Assembly: GCA_964016885.1 (NCBI GenBank)
Contig: OZ024758.1
Location: forward strand, 22,692,001 to 22,756,000
Length of the DNA stretch: 64,000 nt
From: Eledone cirrhosa
Taxonomy: Eukaryota
Reading direction: 5' to 3'
Shown here: piece after piece, positions 27,395-38,159 of the stretch
Layout of the letters: each line of letters starts with the position of its first letter
Position numbering within the stretch: the first letter of the stretch is position 1
The notes under the pieces: generated by a model
Seen by the model: the letters and a program-made list of their open reading frames with translations, nothing else
What the model was told of the DNA's origin: nothing
The model's database searches: none
Program-made: the position numbers and the translations under genes

Positions 27395-27810
27395 TGCAAA
27401 AAGTCTGTCTTGAGCTTGGAGGTCCACCAGGTCAATGCTTATCCCAGTTTCCATTGTGTGACGCAACAGAGTTCAACTCTCCCCTGGACAGGATGCCAGT
27501 CCATTGCAGGTTTAAACCTCAGCATTTTAGCTGAGTATACTGGAGCAACGTGAAATGAAGAGTTTTGCTCAAGAACACAACACACAACCCAGTCTAGGAA
27601 TTGACCCCACAACATTATGACTGTAAGACCAATTCCTTTACCACTAGAGCATGTAGCTATTACTGGTACATAGTTTCTGCTGAGTATACTGGAGCAACGT
27701 GAAATGAAGAGTTTTGCTCAAGAACACAACACACAACCCAGCCCAGGAATTGAACCCACAACATGATTGTAAGTTAAACACACTTACCACTAGGTCATGC
27801 ACCTCCACTG
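27395..27810 (-). mobile_element. SINE with a family B-like head and partial tandem duplication
   Basis: GCTGAGTATACTGGAGCAACGTGAAATGAAGAGTTTTGCTCAAGAACACAAC occurs twice (~27530 and ~27678). Another head fragment lies at 29657-29750. Confidence 0.65.
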
Positions 27811-27974
27811 TAATAAAGCATATATCACTAACTATTTTTCAAAGTTTGTTTCTCCTGTTTGTACAGCCAAATCTATACACGGGTATATAGGTTTGGACTG
27901 GTAGAGAGGATAGCTAAGAAGTACTGAGAAAGTGTGGAAGGAAGGGCCGACAAGAGTTCTGTGAAAAATATCAA

Positions 27975-28407
27975 CCCTTTAGCATTTGAACTGGCCATAT
28001 CTGGACAGAATAGAATTCTCTCACCTCTTTCTGTTCAAACTGGTCGCCCATACTGATGTTAAGGTATTGTTCTCAAAATAAATAATATCACAATCTCATA
28101 GATTCGATATTATGTGAGATAATTGTAAAGTAAAGCCATTAGCTGAAAATTATAGTATATATAGAGTAATGTAAATGGTAAAGGGTTAACCCTTTAGCAT
28201 TTAAACCAGCCATATCCAGTCAGAATTCTCTCACCTCTTTCTGTTCAAACAAGCTGTAACTGGCAACTCGTACTGATGTTAAGGTATTATTCTCAAAATA
28301 AATATAAAAATCTTGTAGCTTTGATATTATGTGAGATAATTATGTGAGGAAAAGCCTTTACTGCAAAAATATAATAGTAAATATAGAGTAATGTAAATGG
28401 TAATGGG
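27975..28407. mobile_element. Two tandem piggyBac-like MITEs sharing one TTAA (28186-28189)
   Basis: ...GTAAAGGG-TTAA-CCCTTTAG... junction. Confidence 0.8.
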
Positions 28408-28519
28408 TTAAAGGCACCAGGAAGTTGGGTTGCAAAGAAAATGAAAGAAATCTATAGGTTGGTGGTGAAAGAAAACTGTATTCCAGGGGGTTGGGAATTG
28501 AATACTTGTATCATGTAGG

Positions 28520-29040
28520 CATCATGACAAAAAGCACCCAGTCAACACTGTAAAGCAGTCATGTAGCTGTTACAACAAAAAAACACCCAGTCTACACTGT
28601 AATATGGTCGTGTAGGTGTCACGACAAAAAGCACCCAGTCCACACTGTAATGTGGGTCGTGTAGGTGTTATGACAAAAAGCACCCAGTCCACACTGTAAT
28701 GTGGGTCGTGTAGGTGTCACGACAAAAAGCACCCAGTCCACACTGTAATGTGGGTCGTGTAGGTGTCACAACAAAAAGCACCCAGTCCACACTGTAATGT
28801 GGGTCGTGTAGGTGTCACAACAAAAAGCACCCAGTCCACACTGTAATGTGGTTGTATAGGTGTCATGACAAAAAACACCCAGTCCACACTGTAATGTAGT
28901 CGTGTAGGTGTCACGACAAAAAGCACCCAGTCCACACTGTAATGTGGTTGTATAGGTGTCATGACAAAAAACACCCAGTCCACACTGTAATGTAGTCGTG
29001 TAGGTGTCACGACAAAAAGCACCTCGTCCACACTGTAATG
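28520..29040. repeat. 48-49-bp tandem array, ~10 copies, SINE-B related
   Basis: Unit GACAAAAAGCACCCAGTCCACACTGTAATGTGGGTCGTGTAGGTGTCAC. Confidence 0.95.
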
Positions 29041-29059
29041 ATCATACCCTATGACTGGT

Positions 29060-29655
29060 GCAGCAGTATATGCAATTGCTACAAGGGAAAAGGTGATGCA
29101 CTGTCATAGAGGGACTACAAGACATAAAACTGATGGACCAAATAATGAAAATTACAGAAAGAGTTTTAACACAACTAATTAGGTAAAGAATCAAATTAGA
29201 TAAAATGCAGTTTGGTTTTGCTGCCCTCTTCTTAGTGAGACAACTACAAGAGAAGTTACGGGTAAGCTACTAGAGCTAGCTTTTGTTGATCTGGAGAAGG
29301 CCTTTGACGGAGTACCATGATGTGTTACCTGGTGGTCCTTAGGGAAACTAGGTGTAAAATGGCTTGTGAGAGCAGTGCAAGCCATGTCTAGAGGAGCTAC
29401 CAGTAAGGTGATAGTAGGTCATGAGTTTTGTGAAGAATTCAGTGTACAAGTAGGTAGGTGTGGAGCAGGGCTCAGACATCAGTCCACTTCTGTTTCTTAT
29501 AGTTCTCCAGGTTTTAACAGAAGAGTTTAAGACAGGCTATCCACTGGAACTTTTGTATGCTGATAACATGGTTCTTATATCGAAATCTGTGGAAGAGCTC
29601 CAACTTTGGAAGCAGAACTTATGAGTCAAAAAGGGCTTAGAGTAAATTTGGGCAC
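29060..29655 (+). pseudogene. Decayed RTE-clade reverse transcriptase
   Basis: Disrupted motifs IKLMDQIMK, QFGF, FVDLEKAFD, QGSDISPLLF and LLYADNMVL. Confidence 0.85.
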
Positions 29656-30016
29656 CACCAAGAACACAACACACAACCCAGTCCAGGAATGGAATCCACA
29701 TTATGATTGAAAGTCCAACACCTTTACCACTAGGCCAAACACTTCCACTGAGGTGCTTTTACAAGAGCCATTAAAAGGAAAAAATTACATTAAACTTTAC
29801 TTAGAAAAAACCCAACAAACCCAACAATAACGCTTTTTCTACTTATATGAATGTTCTATAATGTCTCTAAGCCAGCTCTGTTTCAACTGTCATCTTCAAC
29901 TAATTCATTCCACATGTATTATTTAGCAGACAACTAAATAAGTATCAGTATAGTATAGAGTTATCTCCCTGGGTTTCAGTAAACGGTAAAAGCAGTAATG
30001 TAGTTAGTTAGTATAG

Positions 30017-30316
30017 CTATATATCTAAAACAGAGAATGTCTGTATGTCTCCCTAAAACTTGAGAACCACCCAACCGATTATTTTCAAACTTTACACATG
30101 TAGCATTTATGGTACTGTGAGTGTTTCAAATTTCAAATTTTAAAATTTTCAATGCCCTAGGGACTGCATTAGGTGATTTAACGATCTCTCTCTATAATTC
30201 TTAGTCTTTCTTTTTAGATAGATACAGATATAACGTTGCGCCCTTTTAATATCTGTCTGTATGTCTGCCTGTCTGCATTACAACATTATGATGCTGTGTG
30301 TATATATGTATATATA

Positions 30317-30398
<82 letters not shown>

Positions 30399-30994
30399 TG
30401 TGTAACGTTTACTTCTGCGTTCACAGATTGATTTTTTTAGTTTCAGAAGATCCCGTTGAGGGTAAAAGCAGCGATTCTTTGCTTAAACTTTAATCTGCTA
30501 TTTTAATCATCATCATTTTACGTCCGCTTTTCCCTGCTTGCAAGGGTGGGACGGGAACTGATTCTGGCTTGATTTCTACAGCTCGATGTCCTTCCTAACA
30601 CCAACCTCATTTACAATGAGTGGTGGGTGCTTTTTTTTTTTTCTGTGGTGCCGACACGTCCACTTTACAGTGTGGGCTGGGTGCTTTTTTTGCTGTTGAA
30701 TGGCTGAGTAAACTGGAGCAATGTGAAATAAAGTGTCTTGCTCAAGGAAACAACACATCACCCGGTCTGAGAAGTGAACTCACAACCTTTCGATTGCAAG
30801 CCCATTGCTCTAACCACTAAGCCATGTGCCTCCATATATATATATAATTATATATTCGTGTAGATATTTTTGCATACACAATAACAAAATATAAACAAAC
30901 GTATTTATTTCACGAGGCTCGATAAGGATAAATATATATCAAATATATAAGAACCCTAGAGCAAATCCCGAGCAACGCCGGGCCATTCTGCTAG
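30017..30994 (+). mobile_element. Non-autonomous Helitron-like element with nested insertions
   Basis: 3' hairpin CCCG-AGCAACGC-CGGG (30967-30982), then CTAG-T (30991-30995). The 5' part is CTATATATCTAAAA..TGTCTGTATGTC and the 5' boundary is uncertain. Confidence 0.65.
30506..30833 (-). mobile_element. SINE family B
   Basis: Reverse-complement match including the head and (CAT)n tail. Confidence 0.8.
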
Positions 30995-31017
30995 TAGTAA
31001 CTAAAAGAAACATGGGA

Positions 31018-31065
<48 letters not shown>

Positions 31066-31713
31066 AGAGAGAGAAAGAAAAAGAGAGAGAGCTATAGGCA
31101 GACTTTAAGATCATTTGTGAATTTATAGGTTTCCATTTTAATAGGACAACAGGTTTTGGGCAATAAAGCTTTAACACTGCTTTGAACTTTGACATTAAGC
31201 TGACCTTTAGGACAGTTAAACTTTGAAATATCATTAAATAATTCTATCCATGAGGAAATATAATAAAATAAAAAAATAAAATGGTTTATAGCTCCACTAA
31301 ATACATTCTAAACAACACTTGATTTAGTAACACAACTCACATTACACACTCTTCTACTAATAATATAGAAGAAGCTTTTAAAACAAACAATAATATTCTA
31401 GTGTTCTTTGCCCCAGGACCACATCCCTGCTGACTGCCCACAAATGCGAGTCCCATAAGGTGGAGTAGCTGTTCCACCGCACCTCTCTCACCATCTTTCG
31501 GCGTTCTTGGCCCCCTGACAAAACACCCCTGTTCACTGCAATCGGAGCAGAGTTAGTTGCTTGCAGGTGTGAGGTGGACTGACTGATCCAGCATGCCTTC
31601 CTCAGATCTTTCGGCATTCTTAGCCCCCAGACAAAACACCCCTGTTCACTGCAATCAAAGCAGAGTTAGTTGCTTGCAGGTGTCAAGTGGACTGGCTGAT
31701 CCAGCATGCCTTC

Positions 31714-33849
31714 CTCAGCATCTTCTGGTGTTCTTCGCCCCCAGACAAAGCATCCCTCTTCACTGCTATCGGAGCTCAGCATCTTCTGGTGTTCTTTGCC
31801 CCCAGACAAAGCATCCCTCTTCACTGCTATTGGAGCTCAGCATCTTCTGGTGTTCTTTGCCCCCAGACAAAGCATCCCTCTTCACTGCTATCGGAGCTCA
31901 GCATCTTCTGGTGTTCTTTGCCCCCAGACAAAACATCCCTCTTCACTGCTATTGGAGCTCAGCATCTTCTGGTGTTCTTTGCCCCCAGACAAAGCATCCC
32001 TCTTCACTGCTATCGGAGCTCAGCATCTTCTGGTGTTCTTTGCCCCCAGACAAAACATCCCTCTTCACTGCTATCCGAGCTCAGCATCTTCTGGTGTTCT
32101 TCGCCCCCAGACAAAGCATCCCTCTTCACTGCTATCGGAGCTCAGCATCTTCTGGTGTTCTTTGCCCCCAGACAAAGCATCCCTCTTCACTGCTATCGGA
32201 GCTCAGCATCTTCTGGTGTTCTTTGCCCCCAGACAAAGCATCCCTCTTCACTGCTATCGGAGCTCAGCATCTTCTGGTGTTCTTTGCCCCCAGACAAAAC
32301 ATCCCTCTTCACTGCTATCCGAGCTCAGCATCTTCTGGTGTTCTTCGCCCCCAGACAAAGCATCCCTCTTCACTGCTATCGGAGCTCAGCATCTTCTGGT
32401 GTTCTTCGCCCCCAGACAAAACATCCCTCTTCACTGCTATCCGAGCTCAGCATCTTCTGGTGTTCTTCGCCCCCAGACAAAGCATCCCTCTTCACTGCTA
32501 TCGGAGCTCAGCATCTTCTGGTGTTCTTCGCCCCCAGACAAAACATCCCTCTTCACTGCTATCCGAGCTCAGCATCTTCTGGTGTTCTTCGCCCCCAGAC
32601 AAAGCATCCCTCTTCACTGCTATCGGAGCTCAGCATCTTCTGGTGTTCTTCGCCCCCAGACAAAACATCCCTCTTCACTGCTATCAGAGCTCAGCATCTT
32701 CTGGTGTTCTTTTCCCCCAGACAAAGCATCCCTCTTCACTGCTATCCGAGCTCAGCATCTTCTGGTGTTCTTTGCCCCCAGACAAAACATCCCTCTTCAC
32801 TGCTATCGGAGCTCAGCATCTTCTGGTGTTCTTCGCACCCAGACAAAGCATCCCTCTTCACTGCTATCGGAGCTCAGCATCTTCTGGTGTTCTTCGCACC
32901 CAGACAAAGCATCCCTCTTCACTGCTATTGGAGCTCAGCATCTTCTGGTGTTCTTCGCCCCCAGACAAAGCATCCCTCTTCACTGCTATCGGAGCTCAGC
33001 ATCTTCTGGTGTTCTTCGCCCCCAGACAAAACATCTCTCTTCACTGCTATCCGAGCTCAGCATCTTCTGGTGTTCTTCGCCCCCAGACAAAGCATCCCTC
33101 TTCACTGCTATCGGAGCTCAGCATCTTCTGGTGTTCTTCGCCCCCAGACAAAACATCCCTCTTCACTGCTATCAGAGCTCAGCATCTTCTGGTGTTCTTT
33201 TCCCCCAGACAAAGCATCCCTCTTCACTGCTATCCGAGCTCAGCATCTTCTGGTGTTCTTTGCCCCCAGACAAAACATCCCTCTTCACTGCTATCGGAGC
33301 TCAGCATCTTCTGGTGTTCTTCGCCCCCAGACAAAGCATCCCTCTTCACTGCTATCAGAGCTCAGCATCTTCTGGTGTTCTTTGCCCCCAGACAAAGCAT
33401 CCCTCTTCACTGCTATCAGAGCTCAGCATCTTCTGGTGTTCTTCGCACCCAGACAAAGCATCCCTCTTCACTGCTATCAGAGCTCAGCATCTTCTGGTGT
33501 TCTTCGCACCCAGACAAAGCATCCCTCTTCACTGCTATCAGAGCTCAGCATCTTCTGGTGTTCTTCGCCCCCAGACAAAGCATCCCTCTTCACTGCTATT
33601 GGAGCTCAGCATCTTCTGGTGTTCTTCGCACCCAGACAAAGCATCCCTCTTCACTGCTATCGGAGCTCAGCATCTTCTGGTGTTCTTCGCACCCAGACAA
33701 AACATCCCTCTTCACTGCTATCGGAGCTCAGCATCTTCTGGTGTTCTTCGCACCCAGACAAAGCATCCCTCTTCACTGCTATCCGAGCTCAGCATCTTCT
33801 GGTGTTCTTCGCCCCCAGACAAAACATCCCTGCTCACTGCTATCGGAGC
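31714..33849. repeat. 61-bp tandem array, ~35 copies
   Basis: Unit CTCAGCATCTTCTGGTGTTCTTCGCCCCCAGACAAAGCATCCCTCTTCACTGCTATCGGAG. Confidence 0.97.
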
Positions 33850-34002
33850 AAAATTTGGACGCCTGCATGTCTGAGCCTCGTGAGGTGTAGTGGCTGTTCC
33901 AGCGCATCTCCCTGGCCGTCTTCCAGTGTTCTTGTGGCCCTCGGACCACACATTCCTGCTCACTTATCAGTATGAAATTGACTGCCTGCAGGTGCGAGCC
34001 CC

Positions 34003-34506
34003 ACGAGGTGGAATGGCTGTTCTAGTGTATCTCCCCATGCCATATTCTGGTGCTCTTGGCCCCCCAAACCAAACACCCATGTGAGGAGGAATGGCTGTTC
34101 TAGTGTATCTCCCCATGCCATATTCTGGTGCTCTTGGCCCCCCAAACCAAACACCCATGTGAGGAGGAATGGCTGTTCTAGTGTATCTCCCCATGCCATA
34201 TTCTGGTGCTCTTGGCCCCCCAAACCAAACACCCATGTGAGGAGGAATGGCTGTTCTAGTGTAATCTCCCCATGCCATATTCTGGTGCTCTTGGCCCCCC
34301 AAACCAAACACCCATGTGAGGTAGAGTGGCCGTTCTAGTGGATCTCCCCATGCCGTATTCTGGTGCTCTTGGCCCCTCCAAACCAAACACCCATGTGAGG
34401 TAGAGTGGCCGTTCTAGTGGATCTCCCCATGCCGTATTCTGGTGCTCTTGGCCCCTCCAAACCAAACACCCATGTGAGGTGGAATGGCTGTTCTAGTGGA
34501 TCTCCC
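34003..34506. repeat. 78-bp tandem array, ~6 copies
   Basis: GAATGG at 34011, 34089 and 34167. Confidence 0.95.
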
Positions 34507-34632
34507 TTGCAATCCTCTATTGGCCAGGACCAGGAGGCAGAGTGTAAGATAGTTGGAGGTGGAGGATACTCATTCGGAAGTCACACATATACACACACAC
34601 TCAACCCACCTCTTGCATGTATTGGTCATTAG

Positions 34633-35545
34633 CCCTTTACCGTTTACATTATTCTATATATACTGGAGGTATATGACTTAGTGGTTAGAGCATTGGCCTT
34701 ACATCCGAAAGGTTGTGAGTTCAATTCTCAGACCGGGTGATGTGTTGTTTCCTTGAGCAAGACACTTTATTTCACATTGCTCCAGTTTACTCAGCTGTAG
34801 AAATGAGATGATAGGGACTGGGGTCCCTATCATTCCACTGCAAAGTAGTCGTGGAGGAGCCATGACAAAAAAGCACCCAGCCCACACTGTAAAGTGGACG
34901 AGTAGGCGCCACGGAAAAAAGCACCCAGCACTCACTGTAAATGAGGTTGGTGTTAGGAAGGGCATCCAGCTGTAGAAATCAAGCCAGCATCAGTTCCCGT
35001 CCCACCCTTGCAAGCAGGGAAAAGCGGACGTAAAATGAAATGATGAAATGAATGAAATGATACTATTATATTTTCATAGCAAAGGCTTTACCTCACATAA
35101 TATCGAATCCACAAGATTTTGATATTTTTATTTTGAGAAGAATACCTTAACATCAGTATGAGCAGCCTGTTATAGCCGGTTTGAACAGAAGGTGAGAAAA
35201 TTCTGGCCAGTTATGGCCAGTTTGAACAGGAGGAGGTGAGAAAATTCTGACTGGATATGGCAGGTCTGAACAAAAAAGATGTGAGAGAATTCTGGCCAGA
35301 TATAGCCAGTTTGAACAGGAGGAGGTGAGAAAATTCTGACTGGATATGGCAGGTCTGAACAAAAAAGATGTGAGAAAATTCTGGCCAGTTATGGCCAGTT
35401 TGAACAGGAGGAGGTGAGAAAATTCTGACTGGATATGGCAGGTCTGAACAAAAAAGATGTGAGAATTCTGGCCAGATATAGCCAGTTTGAACAAAAAGAG
35501 GTAAGAAAATTCTGGCTGAATACGGCTGGTTTAAATGCTAAAGGG
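34633..35545. mobile_element. piggyBac-like MITE (reverse orientation) with nested SINE and expanded internal repeats
   Basis: CCCTTTACC...GCTAAAGGG termini, SINE at 34665-35060, and ~45-bp repeats at 35170-35520. Confidence 0.75.
34665..35060 (+). mobile_element. SINE family B
   Basis: Close match to 36118-36455. Confidence 0.8.
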
Positions 35546-35637
35546 TTATAAAATAAAAGCGTAAGATAATGCTGAGGAGTTAAAAGGAGAAAAAAAAAAA
35601 ATAATTTAAAAAAAAAATTATAAAAATCTATAATTAC

Positions 35638-36033
35638 GGTTTCAAAGATTGGCAATCCGTAGTTGAGCTGGACAGGACTTTACGGTAGAGAGATTTCTTT
35701 TGTGCTGAGAGCTTTGAGTTAGAAGAGGTGGCACTGCTGGAATTTTGAGCTACAGTCCTCCGTGTTTGAGAAGGAAGGCTTCCACCACTAGGTTTAATTG
35801 CCAAGGATGCCTGAGCACAAGTGAATGCACCAATGGCTGCGGCTGCAGCAGAAGGTGCACTACTGCTTGGGCTGCTGTTTGCTCCACCATAAGTTGTAAC
35901 ATGTTGTAACCAAGTACGCAGATTTAATTTGCGTACCAATTGCAAGAGGCGTAACCTGCGCTCAGATGGAGTAGGTAAATCATGGTCCCGCATCAGGATA
36001 TTTTGTAAAAATTTACTGTTATACTGATGAAAC
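35638..36033 (-). CDS. Internal coding exon (396 nt, phase 2-2) of an unidentified protein
   Basis: Non-repetitive, higher-GC island with an open frame FHQYNSKFLQNILMRDHDLPTPSERRLRLLQLVRKLNLRTWLQHV followed by an S/A-rich tract. Polypyrimidine tract and ttTCAG acceptor end at 36034. Candidate donor GTAATT starts at 35637 and gives a length divisible by 3. Alternatively this is a terminal exon ending at TAA 35636-35634. Confidence 0.75.
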
Positions 36034-36117
36034 CTGAAAGATACAAGAAACAAGAAAAACATCAAATATAAGGAGTTGAAATATCATCATCATCGAAACA
36101 TAATTATTAAAATATAG

Positions 36118-36560
36118 TGAAGGCGCATGGCTTCATGGTTAGAGCATTGGGCTTGCAATCGAAAGGTTGTGAGTTCAATTCTCGGACCAGGTGATGTGTT
36201 GTTTCCTTGAGCAAGACACTTTAATTCACATTGCTCCAGTTTACTCAGCTGTAGAAATGAGATGATAGGGACTGGGGTCCCTATCATTCCACTGTAAAGT
36301 GGTTGTGGAGGCGCCACGGCAAAAAAGCTCCCAGCCCACACTGTAAAGTGGTCGTGGAGGTGCCACGGCAAAAAAGCACCCAGCACTCACTGTAAATGAG
36401 GTTGGTGTTAGGAAGGGCATCCAGCTGTAGAAATCTAGCCAGAATCAGTTCCCGTATGAGCAAGACAAGGTCAGCCAACCGGACACTGCCCTCAACCGGA
36501 CAACCCGTCTAACCCATTCTAGCGTGGAAGAACGGACGTAAAACGGTGATGATGATGATA
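36118..36560 (+). mobile_element. tRNA-derived SINE family B, full length
   Basis: tRNA-like head (TGGTTAGAGC, GAGTTCAATTC), CCTTGAGCAAGACACTT core, internal ~48-bp repeats and (GAT)n tail. Confidence 0.8.
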
Positions 36561-36574
36561 GTGGGTTATTAAAA

Positions 36575-36807
36575 GGTGGTAGATTAGCAGTATCGGTAGA
36601 GCATCAGAGGCCATACTTAGCAGCATTGAATTATGGCCCTTTACGTCAAGCTGCTTTTGTAGCTTATAGTTACGACTTTCTATGTTCTGAGTTCAAATCC
36701 TGCCGGGGTTAACTTTGCCTTTCATCCTTACGGGGGTCGTTAAAATAAAGTACCAGTAATGCACTATGGTAATTGCTGGCCTTGTGCCAAAAGTAGAACC
36801 AATTATT
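36575..36807 (+). mobile_element. tRNA-derived SINE family A
   Basis: A-box-like head, GAGTTCAAATCC B-box, and TTGCCTTTCATCCTTACGGGG body resembling the Deu/Nin-type SINE domain. Confidence 0.75.
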
Positions 36808-36904
36808 AAAACACAGTATATCAATATAGTTATGTATAGCAAGTGTTTGTTTTGATGACAGCGAACGAAGTTTAAAATTTAGTAGAAATAGAAGCTTTCA
36901 CCAT

Positions 36905-37330
36905 CCATCCATATCTAGTTTTGGTCTTTAGGGTGCTGTGGTTCCGTGGTAGGCAACACCAGGCAATGTCTCACAGCCGCTCTCCATGGATTTCTGTCCA
37001 TAGTATCGACATCGGCCAAGTTCCGTTTATACAAATCACTCTACACGCACCGCACTCCAACCACGTCTTCCTTGGTCTGCCGCGATCTCTAGTGCCAGGG
37101 ATTGCCAAGTGAGTGATGGAGTTGATGCATGACATGGCTTGCTGTACATGTCTGTACCAATGGAGACGTTGTGTGCAAAGGACAGCAGTGATCGTATTTT
37201 TGACTAAAGAAATTTAGCCTGATAGTGGGGTTTAAAACCCTCCAAAATGGAAAAGGGTGAGTATTGACGTGCATGCCATGAAAAATGTTGTCCCATGATC
37301 TACTGATACTTCCAATCCAATGCCCCTGTA
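36905..37330 (-). pseudogene. RTE-clade LINE 3' fragment
   Basis: RLHWYRHV and RGRPRKTW motifs on the minus strand. Confidence 0.65.
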
Positions 37331-37339
37331 AGAGTTATC

Positions 37340-37645
37340 ATTTCATCATTTCATTTTACGTCCGCTTTTTCCCTGCTTGCAAGGGTGGGACGGGAACTGA
37401 TTCTGGCTTGATTTCTACAGCTGGATGCCCTTCCTAACACCAACCTCATTTACAGTGAGTGCTGGGTGCTTTTTTGCCGTGGCACCTCCACGACGACTTT
37501 GCAGTGGAATGATATGGACCCCAGTCCCTATCATCTCATTTCTACAGCTGAGCAAACTGGAGCAATGTGAAATAAAGTGTCTTGCTCAAGGAAACAACAC
37601 ATCACCTGGTCTGAGAATTGAACTCACAATCTTTCGATTGCAAGA
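37340..37645 (-). mobile_element. SINE family B, 5'-truncated
   Basis: Reverse complement of the 34665-35060 body. Confidence 0.8.
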
Positions 37646-38159
37646 ATGGATACAATTCTGACTCCTTAAAACCAACTTAAATTAATTGGCATCAAAAGAG
37701 ATATACCTAACTGTGAAATATGTATTCCCAAATCTATTAAAAAAAGTTCCAGCTTGGCAAAACGGTAAAAGGAATATTACAGACTAATGTCTATACAAGA
37801 GGAAGATGAAAGAATGTTTTATTAAAGGTTAGGGTGAACAGAAACTTCACAAGGGAAAAAAAACAGCCTTCAGAAATATCTTAAATATTTCTACAAGCAC
37901 AAGACAAATATGAATAATAAAACAAAATAGAAAATCTTATTGTAAACATTTCTCAGTTCTGTAATATGTAGATGAATCATATTTCAAACATGGGCATATC
38001 CTGTTCATTATAACAACTTTATATAATTAGGATAGACTAATTAAAGAAATTTGTGTTCATGATAGCTAACATTTTTAAGATAATTTCCAGTAGAAATATT
38101 TCTAGCAATAACTGTACTAGTTAGGTTACAGTGGAAATATTTCGCTTGAAACTTGAATA

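Noticed and set aside
31593-33975. Three overlapping ORFs of 720-765 aa
   Set aside because: The 61-bp unit lacks plus-strand stops, so all frames cycle through the same peptide. This is a repeat artefact.
36118-36190. tRNA-like sequences with A and B boxes
   Set aside because: They continue into SINE bodies and lack a full cloverleaf, so they are SINE heads rather than tRNA genes.
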